In this document: positions 23,679 to 36,574 of the stretch, piece by piece
Position numbering within the stretch: the first letter of the stretch is position 1
How the letters are laid out: the number at the start of each line of letters is the position of its first letter
Assembly (NCBI RefSeq): GCF_025526975.1
Contig: NW_026515669.1
Location: forward strand, 434,001 to 498,000
Direction of reading: 5' to 3'
Length of the DNA: 64,000 nt
DNA from: Fimicolochytrium jonesii
Lineage: Eukaryota
Notes under the pieces: model-generated
The model's input: the letters and a program-made list of their open reading frames with translations, nothing else
What the model was told of the DNA's origin: nothing
The model's database searches: none
Position numbers and translations under genes: made by a program

Positions 23679-24566
23679 TTACGTGTGCAGAAGCTCTCCC
23701 CCATCGCCCGCCTCTTCGCTCTTCATGAACTCCCCAATTACGTTGAGCAACGTGTGCCTGCCGCGCCTCTCTCTCATGTCGTACGTTGTCTTGTATTCAA
23801 CCAATTGTTGGTACGGCTTGTATGACTGCGGCAGATTCTTCGGGTCTCCGGTACGCATCCCCTCCAAGTACGACTTCGAGAAACGTAGCGTGTAGAGTCT
23901 CGCTTCGAAGTTTACCACGATCGCCCCCAGTATCCGCAAGTCCTTGTACTGTTGGTTGTTCTCGCCGACCACTCTCTCAAGTGTGATCGCTAGCATGTTG
24001 CATACGAGTTGGTTTGCCTTGTTATCGAACTGTGTGTGCCCGATAGTCGCGCCTGTCTCGCGCGCTGTCTCTATCACTACAAAGTTGTTGGGCCCACGAG
24101 CCTTTCTCACTAGAATGTCGATCTTAGGCTGCAGCCATAGACGCTCGTCGACGAACTCTACTTTGTACTCGCTGAACACACATATATGTCGCTTGCTCAG
24201 CTCGCGATCTCGGTTGACCATCTCGGTAAGATACGATGTCAACATCGATTGATACTCGGCTTCGAGCATGACCTTGTGTGCCTTTGGGCCTCCGACGAAC
24301 TCCATGATGCTGTCTCCAACATTGTGTGCCGCCATGCCCTTGGGTCTGCTCTCGTTATATCAATCCCAGTCTGACTTGGCTGTTGCTGCCGTCGCAGACA
24401 TCGCCTGGAAGTCTTTCGCTAGATCGCCAATGTCTTCTTCGAATGGCTCGGCGTGCTTGTTGTATCTTCGTACGATCTTCAGCGTTTCTAGAAACGCTTC
24501 CCCCAAATCGTTAGATCCGGACGCCGTTAGTTTCCACCGTTGGGGTGCTTTCGCGTTCACCGCCAT
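23679..24566 (-). pseudogene. Intronless PD-(D/E)XK nuclease-like gene with one in-frame stop
   Basis: ORFs 24360-24566 and 23679-24335 share a frame, broken by TGA at 24360-24362. Motif spacing SE...KIDILV...FVVIETA...NQLVCNMLA...ILGAIV resembles the restriction-endonuclease fold. Confidence 0.5.
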
Positions 24567-25582
24567 TGCAATGGAAGGCGATTAAGGCGATGAAAAATGT
24601 CTTCTGGACTACGTAGAGAACAAGAATCTCAGCTCACGGTGGTGACAAACATTTCAAAATGCCAAAATGTGCGAGCTGCTGCCCAATTTGGGGCAGCAGA
24701 TCACGTGACCCTGCACTAGTGACGACGCGCGAGTTTTGGCGAGTCTGACAAGTACCGCACATTTGGCAATACGAAGTCCGAACTACCTTCAACCCCTACA
24801 CATAACTTGGTTCTCAATATAAGCCCAACCCAACCAATGAACCCCAAGTACTTCCAAACAGCAAGGGGTCTTGGGGGCCCTGCAGTCTCTTTCCACGGGG
24901 GTGTTTTCATTTCCAAGATGAGGACAGCAAGCGAGGATAGCTGCAGGTAAAATATATCTGAACCTCGTTCACTTCACAAGTCATCCCATTTACAATACCT
25001 GTTGCAGACTTTACGATCCCAGCAGTCTGTTAGAAGCCCTGGGAGTCCCGAAGCTTTGGGTCTGATGTGACAAAGGACCCACAATGTTTGTAAAGGCAAT
25101 GTGCTATGGCAAGACACAGAGCACATTGAAAACCTTATGTTTGGCCGATGGAATCAAGGAGGTCCTTATAATGCATGGGAAAGCTGTTGTTCGCTCCACT
25201 TTAGCTCAGGGTTGTGTCAGTACTGCACTTCTTTGCCTTCTGAGTTCAATCGGTGAATCAGCGGAAGGTAGAGAGGACGAACCAGCTGACGACATGGGGA
25301 GTGGTTTGGACGATATTGGGAGTGGTGCGGAGAACATTGGGACAGCTGGACATCCTTCTCGAGGACCAATGGAGTAGTCGGTGATGCATATACTTCGCAG
25401 ACACGATAGCCCAGACACGCGAGCTGCTCTGCAGGGCGTACAAATAGGGCAAGGGATCGTCCGACTGCCAGGACAAAGGCTCTTCATTGACACTCTACTT
25501 TGATGCGAACAATATGTGTGATTCAAGCTATGCATTTCGTGATAGATACAAGAACAGGATAGCAGCCTCCCAAAAGAGGCCA

Positions 25583-27474
<1,892 letters not shown>

Positions 27475-27822
27475 AATGGGTTTTTTGTTGTTGCGAAGGT
27501 CAAAATTCACATTCATTTCCAACATGGCAATATCGCTCATCTCCCGCGGGGGGGGGGTGTGCGGGTAGCAAGCAGGATGAGTCAGTCTGACTCAGTCACT
27601 GTTGCCGTGACATCACCCCCAATCAACACCTTCAACACTGGGCGCAAAACCGGTGGGGAAGTTCCAGATGGCCATATTGCGACGTGGAGCAGATGTGCCA
27701 GGTGCAAGTGGACGGACTGCTTGTGAGTGACCGTCCCCACTGCACGTACCTACAGTATGTAGGTATATATGCCCCCGGCGGTCGGGGGCAGTCCCTTGCA
27801 TCCGACAGTCCTTGCATCAACC

Positions 27823-28665
27823 ATGTCTTCGCAATTCCAGGACCTGGTTCTCGATTCACACCGTGCATCCGCGAAGGAAGGCTCCTCGAGTATGAACCTA
27901 CCGTTCTACCTCACCAATTGCGGCCTCGCACCGCTCGCCACACGTGCCATATCGACAGAGGATCGGGAGCAAGCCGCGTCAGCCACTCAGTTACTTGAGG
28001 AACTGAATACCCACAACTTTGAGGCTTTTGCACTATCAAACCTGAACGAATGGGCTAGTGAAAACCTCCCGCAGTCCGTCCGTGATGCCGAACCCTTTCG
28101 AACTTTCATGGCGAAACGACCCGCAGAATACGACCTCAGCTTCTGGGGCGCGGACGACCCTATCATGGGAGGGACAGCCCCCGTGCTACCAGGCCCTAAA
28201 TGCTCCGTCCCAAATCCTCCTCGCGAGACAGAAGTCGATCAGGAGGTCTTTACCACCATCAAGGAAGCGATGGTCCTGCGCTACGTGCAAAACGCCATGG
28301 ACAAGATCGATCCTTTCCTCTACCGCCTCCTGCCTGACCGCGACGAGCTGCGCCAGAATGTCACCGCACGACTGCTTTCCCTGATCACTGTAGATATGAT
28401 TATAGACGGTTCCGGAGGCGAATGGTTCGACGAATGCATCCACGACGTTGTGCAGAGCTCGTTTAGAGACGATTTGGCATGCGCACGGCTTGCGTTTGTG
28501 CTCCATATGTTACCCGAAGCGCATAGGGACACCCTCCGAATCATAATGGACATCTTGATTTTGGATGCGTGGAAGGTGGACGAAGGGCTGTCGGAGAAGA
28601 ACGCAGACCATATCATGGATACTGTGAAACAGGCGAGCAAGCTTTTGTCGGTACCAGCAGCTTAA
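27823..28665 (+). CDS. Hypothetical intronless helical protein (~280 aa)
   Basis: Long open frame with an ATG in good context (ACCATGT) and protein-like composition. No family recognised. Confidence 0.55.
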   Translation: MSSQFQDLVLDSHRASAKEGSSSMNLPFYLTNCGLAPLATRAISTEDREQAASATQLLEELNTHNFEAFALSNLNEWASENLPQSVRDAEPFRTFMAKRPAEYDLSFWGADDPIMGGTAPVLPGPKCSVPNPPRETEVDQEVFTTIKEAMVLRYVQNAMDKIDPFLYRLLPDRDELRQNVTARLLSLITVDMIIDGSGGEWFDECIHDVVQSSFRDDLACARLAFVLHMLPEAHRDTLRIIMDILILDAWKVDEGLSEKNADHIMDTVKQASKLLSVPAA

Positions 28666-30092
28666 GTGCTTTAGCGACGTTTCAGAGTCTGCCGGATGTC
28701 CGTAGACATGATCTTTTGCATGCCTCCATAGGTCGTACATTACAAAACGCCCATGTTATGTTGGTCGTGTGTTTTCTCAGGCGTCTAAACACTTGGGCGT
28801 GAAATCTCATGACTTGCGGTCGCATATGTATTACATCAAGTGACTGATTCCTACTGTACGTCTCCGCCTCGGGAACCTTCTTCAGTATTGGGAACAATCG
28901 CTTCATCTTTACTGCTTCCATTTTCCATGGTCTTGTTCTGTGGGCCCTTCCACCCATCGTAGATCGTCGTCTGACAGGACCCCATGATGAATTGCGGGAG
29001 GATGAATTGCGAGGTTGCTGAGGGTAATGGACCCCACTTCGCTTGAATCCGGGACGTGGCAACCCATCGACCACCCGCTATTGACGAAGAACGGGAAACG
29101 CGTGTACCCAACGCGTTGAGGAGCCAAATTCCAATCCAGTCTGACTAAGCGGACTTCAAAGGCATCGTTCTCGTTGGCATTCTCCTTAAATGTCCAAATG
29201 AACGCCCGTTTATGTGAACCCCACCCTTGCACCTTCTTGCCCAATACTCCCAACAGCACCAAAAGTCTTCTTCCTAGCTCCAAGGATTTTGTCTTCGCAG
29301 CACATTTCATCTTTGCATCACCCATTCTTCAATTGTCTAGTACAGCTATCATCCATCGGACCATGCCTGATTCCAGAGCTCCGTCCAAGCCGTGTCGTGG
29401 GAAGCGCAAACACTCTTTATAATCCTCGTGCAAGCTGGCGGCCAAAGATCTGCGTGCTGACGAGCCCGGCAGCTCCCAAGGTGCTGTGGATGTACATGCC
29501 CTGCGTCGACGTTGAAGCCGCGGACGATGACGAAAAGCTCGCCCATAACCTCCGAGTGTGCACTGACGGTCTGCGAGTCCCTGCCTATATCGACGCCCCC
29601 CCACCATCTTGACCGTTTTGGAGTTCAGCGGCTTTTTTTCCCACACTCGGTTTGCTCGGAGGGCGAGGATTGTGACGGTGGGTGAAGGTACTGTATGCGT
29701 GTGGTGCCGGTCAAGATTGCCAAGACGATGTTGCGTTGGGCCTTCCCCCCCAGCGGCAAGAAGCAAGAACGCGTTGCAGCTGTTGCAGTGGTGTGGTCAC
29801 CGTCTCAATACAGTACGAGAGGCTTCGAGGCTGTCGAGCTGCGAGTGCCTTTTTACATCCATACTTCATCCAAGTAGAATGCGGGAGCAGTGACTGGCAC
29901 GTCGTTATGCAGCATAGTCCAGTATATATATTTTAGTCTGAGAAAGCCGTCGTAGGAGCATAAGAGGGCCATCGTCGCCAAAAGTCAGTCGGGACCGCTC
30001 ATACCGACGTCGCCACAAAGCCCAGGTCTACCACGCCTAGCACGCCTTCTACAACACCCGCCTCCTCTGAAGCCCACCAACGCTTCTACGGA

Positions 30093-33000
30093 ATGGCTGA
30101 AGAGGCAGACGAACCGTCGCCCAGGCGTGTCGGAAATCTTGCCAAAATGTTCGAGTCGCAGATGCCAGCTCCCTCCGAAACGCCAGGGAACCGAACGTCG
30201 AGAATCTTCTCGCAGCCGAACTCACGAAGACCGTCGGGCCAGGAACTCGCACCACCGTCTTTTCAGAACGGCCGAAGCACTTCCTCGCCATGGAGCTCTC
30301 GGAACTCTTCAACGACAACGCTCGCGAGCAATGGCTACGCCAGGACTCTGCATAGTGCTGGAAATTCGACAGAAGTGCTCAACCGGAACTCCAGTCGGTC
30401 AGGGTCACAGGGGAATGTTGGCATCTCCAATGCCCACGGCGAGGATAGTGGGGCAGGTACGAATGGGGCTCGTCCTCGGAATACGACGCAGACGGGTGAG
30501 ATGTCACCGGAGACGAAGCGGCTATCGGTCTCGCGACTGAGTATGATGTTTGAAGGGGGTCTGGACGTTCATTCTTTGGGGTTTGGCCAGCAGGCTGGCA
30601 ATGTCCCAGATGTGAGATCGGGACAGCCCCGTGGTGGGATCGATAGATCTGGTGGACGACGTGTGCCGAGTACAGGGGTGCCGTCACGGGTAGACTCAAC
30701 ATACAAATCGATGAGAGACTTTTCAGGGTCATCATCCCCGGCAGGATCCTCAGAGAGTTTGTCGAAGAACAGGCATGATGTTCCTGTCCAGAGATCACGC
30801 GAGAGCAGCATAGAAGTACCGCACACGGTGCCTGTGAAGGAGCGAATCAAGTCATGGGCGGTGGATCTGCCGGCAGGAGCGGCTACGCCGTGGTTGAGCG
30901 CACCATTCATACATGTGGAATCACCGTCCTCAGAAAGAGACACGCCCAAAGCCCCCGCTATCCCCTCGCCCGGCGCATCATATCCCGTCCCCATGCCGCC
31001 GAAAAGCACGCCTTCATCCCCGGCGTTCAAACGCTCCCGCCCACCAGCACCACCACCTCCATCACACAGCAGCAGAGCAATCGAGAGTCTTCAGTCTTCC
31101 ATATCTCCCGTCCTGGTCATGCCTATGCCTCGCAGCAGCACTGCGCCTCAAATCAGCGACCTAGCACAGACTACCCTCGGATCAATAGCAACAGACGAGC
31201 CCACCCGACCGCCGCTTGTTCCTACCTTATCGGAACCGATCGTGGAGCCCATCAAATCAGTTGTCACAGGGGAAGAAGAAAAGAAGCAGAAGCGTCACAA
31301 TATCATCAAAGAGCTCGTGACGACGGAAAGGGGGTTCTTGAAAGACATGGAGGTCCTTATGGAAGTCTACGCGCTTCCGGCCTCTGAGCAAAAGATCCTC
31401 TCTGAACGTGATCTTCGAAATCTGTTCTCGAATCTGGATGTCATAATCTCAACATCGCGGGCTCTGCTGGAAATGTTGGAAGCGGCCGTCGGATCTCCTG
31501 ACGAATGGATCGGCGAAGCGTTCAATCAGATGATGCGCAAAATCGAGAGCACCTACTGCGATTACTGCAAACATAATGAAGCAGCGCTAGCCAAACTTGC
31601 AGAGTTTGCGTCTCCGGAATGTCCGCCCGATGTGAAGGAGTTCTTAAAGAACAGCCAAATGCAGCTTCAGGGTAGAACCGGCGCGTGGGATTTGGGCAGT
31701 CTGGTCATCAAACCGGTCCAAAGGGTACTCAAGTACCCGCTGCTGATAAAGCAGCTTCTCAAGGAGACACCGCCGACGCATCCCGACTTTGAGCAGCTGG
31801 TACAGGCGGCGGCCGACATTGACGTGGTGGCAGAAAAGATCAACGAGGTGAAGAAGCGGAAAGATATTGTCGAGAGATACGTCGACAAGAAAGGCAACGC
31901 CAATGTCATTCACGGCATTACTAAAAAGTGGACCCGAGGAACCCACCAGATCAAGAAGGCAACAGGGCTGGCCGATGGCTCCGCTGCGATTCAATCTGAC
32001 GCTCTCTATGATGCTCTGATTGAGAAACTGGATCAGCAGCTTCGTGGCGTGCAACAACTCTCTGTTGACTTGCAAACATGGCTGTCCAAACTGCAGCTCT
32101 TTTCCGAGATCCAAGAAACGCTCGTCACGGCTTTCGAAGACATCTACGTGATGGGCCGCGATCGTAGCCGACAGGACGTGCCGGCGGCAGGGCGGGACGA
32201 CTTTTTCGCCATCCAGGAATTCCAAAAAGCAGCTGTCCGGTTCTCCGTCACCGCCTGGCGCGACGCAGATACCACCACGCGAGAAGTCATCCAACCCGCT
32301 CTGGATGTTCTCGCCAAGATGTTCCGTGGCCCCCAAGTAGTGATCAAGAAACGCGAGCAAAAGCAACTAGACTACGAGCGAGCGATGGCAATCAAAGCGC
32401 GCGGCGAGCAGGTGGACAAAGTGCTCACGGACTCTGCCGACGCGTACAGTTCCATCCACGCCCAGCTCATCGAGGAACTGCCCCGGTTCCTGGACCTCGC
32501 CGCAAAGTACATTGATGTCGTCGCGGTGCATATTGCGGATATGCAGGCGAGGACGCACAAGACGTTTCTGGAACAGGTTCAGCCGATCGTGCAGTTGATT
32601 ACCGCTGATCAGAGCGGGGAGGTTGCGTCGCATGCCAGTGTTGTGGAGGAGTACAAGGCCGCTCTGGCTGTCGGCGGGGATTTGGAGCTGTTTACCAGGA
32701 GCATCACACTGTTGGCAAGATGGAGGGAGACTGTGTGGGAGAATGCCCCGATATTAGAGGCCCCTTACAGCGGGTTTGGAGGCGGGCTGGGAGTCGGGAC
32801 TGGAATGTCTTCGAGGTCTTCATCCCGTACGTACATCTCATATGCTGAATATTCGCGGGTTTCGTTTCTATCGTGAACTTACATCCGAATTATGTCATAC
32901 ATAGGATCTGAACTCTCCACGCTGACTCCGGACTTTGGCCCCCGCTCATCATCAACTTTCCCCCGCCCATCGAATGGCACGTCAGCTTCATCAAGTTCAA

Positions 33001-33527
33001 GTTTCAAGGGTTTGCCCCATCAGGCCCGACGTGCCGACACCGATTCCAAGCTGATCGATTATGATGCAGGTATGATAACAAATCGCGGAACCTCGCTGCC
33101 TTCTCCTTATTCGCGTGCCTACGGCTGATTGAGTGAAAAACAAACAGGTCTCCAAAGCCCCATGCCAAGCTACCAACCCGCCTTCCTCAACACCCAATTC
33201 ACCCCACTCATACCCACCCACTACACCAGCAACAACCCGGACACCCACTCCACCTCCACATCCCCACCACCCAACTCATCCCATTCGCGCACGGCCTCCG
33301 CCACCAACAACACTACAAACAAAACAACACGCACCCCCTCCCCACCCCTCGGCTTCGAAGCGGTCGCGATTTACGACTTTGAGGCTGACCTGCCTGAAGA
33401 GGTGGAGTTGAAGGCTGGGGATCGGATCCGCGTGCTGGAGGCGGAGGGCAGCGGGGGGGAGTGGTGGTTTGGGCTAGTTAATGGGAAGGAGGGGTGGTTT
33501 CCTGGGACGTATGTTGAGAGGGTTTGA
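30093..33527 (+). CDS. Rho guanine nucleotide exchange factor, DH + BAR + SH3 (DNMBP/Tuba, ARHGEF37/38, Gef1-like)
   Basis: KRHNIIKELVTTERGF, LFSNL, LVIKPVQRVLKYPLL, INEVKKRKDIV; BAR region IKKREQKQLDY, HAQLIEELPRF; SH3 AIYDFEADLPEEVELKAGD...WWFG...GWFPGTYV. Two short introns near 32830 and 33070. Confidence 0.9.
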
Positions 33528-34235
33528 AGGATTAGTTTCCCACGAGTGTCCCTAATTCATAAGGGTAATATCATGACCGGCTTCGGTATATACCCCATTG
33601 GCCCCATCGCATTTCATCTAGAAGTAGCTTATTTCCTTCTCTTGTACATAGGCGAAGTAGATCATCTGATGCACACATACAACAACTTCGTTCTATCGCC
33701 ATTTACCGTCTCAGTTGGAAGAAATCCAGTTGACGGAAAGCCCTAATAGCCACTCCGCGATCATCAAAGATAATCTTTTCTTTGAGCCGCTTAACCTCAG
33801 AAGCACCTTCGAGACGGCAGGCTAAGCAAGGCCCGATATTCAGTTGAGGGAAAGAAATCTCACTAGGGATTGAGAAAAAACCCGTTCCTTATAATTCAAC
33901 CAAGCAAGGGCTTGCACAAACCATCATTGTACACGGCAAACATTGGACCAGAAACAAAATCCTCGAAAGGAAAACCAACTGATATTGAAAAAACGCGGAA
34001 CAAAATCTTTTTCAAGTGGGTGAGGGCCGTTGTTGTGGGGAGGGGCATGTACATATATATAAAAAACTGTGTGTGTGGGGTGGGGAACTCCCTATGAGAA
34101 TCTACAAACTACAAATGATTGTTTGTGGTGGTGATGACATGATGAGGTTGGAATAAAGAATGAATAAATATTACGCCGGGGATGGTAACGTTCTTGGAAG
34201 CCCTATTTGGACGGGCGAGGGTTGGAGTGAACCGT

Positions 34236-36176
34236 TCAAAGGTCCTCATCCTCCTCCTCCTCGTCATCCTCCCACTCCTCCTCATCGTCGTCTCCGTTCT
34301 CGAGCATGGCGGCGATGGTGGCAAGGCACTTCTGCGCCTCATCGAGGATGAAGGCCTCGGCGTCCCATCCACCCTTCTCGAGGTCCGCAGGGGTCTTCTC
34401 GGCTTCAACGACTTCTTCCTCGTCCTCGTCAACCTCTTCGATGATGGCATCGAGGGAGCGCTTGCCGATGGAGCCACCCCACGAGTCGAGGGCGTTGTTG
34501 GAGAAGCCGATGTTGTCCTTGGCAAAGTTCAGGGCAGAGATGCGGTCGGGGAATCGTTCGGTTGGTGTTCCAGACACGGCCTGGAGGAACTGGGCGTAGC
34601 CCGCCGGGCCACCGACTTCGTCGGGAGGGCAGGCGCGTGCTCCGCCGATGACCTTGGGGTATTCTGAGGTGTGCTCGTGCTCGTGCTCTTTATCCTCGTT
34701 CTCTTCGTCATCGTGACCGGCGCAGCAATCGTCGTTCAAGGTCTCTTCCCGGATTTCCTCAACGGTGACCTGGTGGACCCAGTCGCCTTTCTCGTAAATG
34801 TAGGTGAAGGTGTCGCCAACCTTGGAGGCGACCATCGCTACGTTGGTGAGGTCTTCATCTTCGCAGATCTCGTGACGCTCGTCGAACTCTTCCTCCTCAT
34901 CAGGGATGACAAAGTTGTCGGGGATAGTGGTGAAACGAACGATACCGTGGTCGTACACTTCGAACTCGTGGGTGTTGGGTGCTCCGCACCAGCCGAAGGC
35001 CATGGTAATGTATTCGCGCAGGTCGCCGAGGGTCGTGTGGCCGGTGACCTCGATGGTCCTCCACACCTCAGGAGTCACACCGACAAGGGAAATCTTCAAA
35101 CTGTAGATGGTTCCGCTGTTCTCGTCCATGTTAAGAGCAGCCAATTGTGCGCTGGCAGCCTCGGTGAGAGTCTTGGCCAATTCGGGGGCGACAGGCAATT
35201 CGAGGGTCTGACCAGCCTCGGCCTGGATTTCGGCCCTTTGGTCTTCGATCATCTTGAGGAGCATGATGGCCATGTATCCGGAACCAGCCTCGATACGGTT
35301 ACCCAAAGCGCGGTTAGCCTCGGCAGAGGTGAGAACAGACTGGAAGTAGAATCCAGCCTCGGTCTGGTCAAGGCTGTCCAAAGCCTCGACGGGACGGCCG
35401 TAGATTCGCTCGACCATCTCACCATCGCGAACAGCAACAGTGTAGGCCTTCAACTGGAAGGAGGCCTTTGCGCGAGATCCAAGAACCTGAAGCCTCAGGG
35501 CGGCATGTGGGTCTTCGCTGTCGTCGTTCTCCAGGGCTTCTTCGGGCAACTCGCACGTCTTGAAAGCGCGGGTGAAGAGGGTGAGGGCTTCGTTGAAGTT
35601 GCCAGCCTCCATGGCGGCAACACCCTGCTCATGGAGCTTAGCACCGTCGGTCTCCTTAACGTTTGCCGCCGCAATCGCCTTTTCCTCCGCAGCCTTGTAC
35701 TCGGCCTCGGTACTTTCCGACAGCTCGGCGACAACCCACCTATGATGCAAGAAAGGTAACATCAGGGTCTGTGAAAGGGCATCCCGGAACTTCAAATATG
35801 AGCAAAAGACTCAAACTCACCTGAACCTGGAAAACCTCAAAAGACCCTTCCAGAAGCCCTCAAATTCAGCCTCGTCCTCAAAGACCTTGTGCTGCTTAGC
35901 CTGGAACTCGTAGGCAAAGTCCACACCCTGGCCGGAGGCCAGTTCAACGGTTTGTTGAGCACCGACGGGACCACGAAGAGTGACCTTCTTGTTGCTGTCC
36001 TCCTCAAAGAAAAGGGAGACAAGGGCAAATGCGCCGGGCTCAGGGAAAACGTCGGAGTTGGCGAGCAGAGCGTCCTGGTACTCGTCGCGGAGCTTGACAA
36101 CGGCCGCGTTATCAACTCCAGCGGCACGAATGCCGGCGGGCAAGCGGGCAACGATCTTCACAGCGTCGACGGTCAT
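34236..36176 (-). CDS. TPR protein fused to a pRiA4b ORF3-like (MM3350-like) domain, acidic tail; one intron (35740-35820)
   Basis: TPR helices KLHEQGVAAMEAGNFNEALTLFTRA and VLGSRAKASFQLKAYTVAVRD. Then IYSLKISLVGVTPEVWRTIEV...TLGDL..YI..AFGW...HEF, FTYIYEKGDWVHQVTVE and YPKVIGGARACPPDEVGG. Confidence 0.8.
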
Positions 36177-36574
36177 GGTTTGATAGAGAGTGACTGAAAG
36201 AGCGGTGAGAGAGAGAGGCTGTGGGGAGGTGGGAGAAGATTGAGTTGTCTCGATCGAAAGCAAACAAACTCCGCACAAGAAAAAAGAGCAAGCAGGGAAG
36301 GATGCAAGCCGCCTTTTTGTAAGTGAGCGGAAAAGCAACTTAATCCTGTCACGTGAGGCCACCTGCCATTTTAATTGTGAGAAATCGACAACGCGTTCCG
36401 TGTTGGAGTGACAGCGTCCGACAACTTGATCTGGCTGCCTCACCCATCCGGTGATATCGTGCTCTTACTGAAGAAGAGACATCCACGCAAACGCTTTTTT
36501 TTGCGCCATTCTAACCACCGGCAATCAGAAATTTGCAACCCGGGTGTCCTTCGATCGCACAGTCGCTCACAACG

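Noticed and set aside
23480..24860. Weak inverted similarity (ATTGGTTGGGT...TGTAGG) flanking the nuclease-like gene, considered as terminal inverted repeats
   Set aside because: Only an 11-bp core matches, spacing differs, and no target duplication is visible.
25084..25377. 97-aa ORF with 21-bp degenerate repeats (DDMGSGL/DDIGSGA/ENIG)
   Set aside because: May be the acidic tail of an old transposase, but no catalytic motifs or termini were found.
34671..35759. 362-aa ORF on the plus strand
   Set aside because: Antisense shadow of the codon-biased TPR/pRiA4b gene; no independent protein signal.
36349..36357. TCACGTGA E-box in the IFT81/TPR divergent promoter (similar sites near 24702 and 45707)
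   Set aside because: A common bHLH/Cbf1-type motif, too short to call functional from sequence alone.
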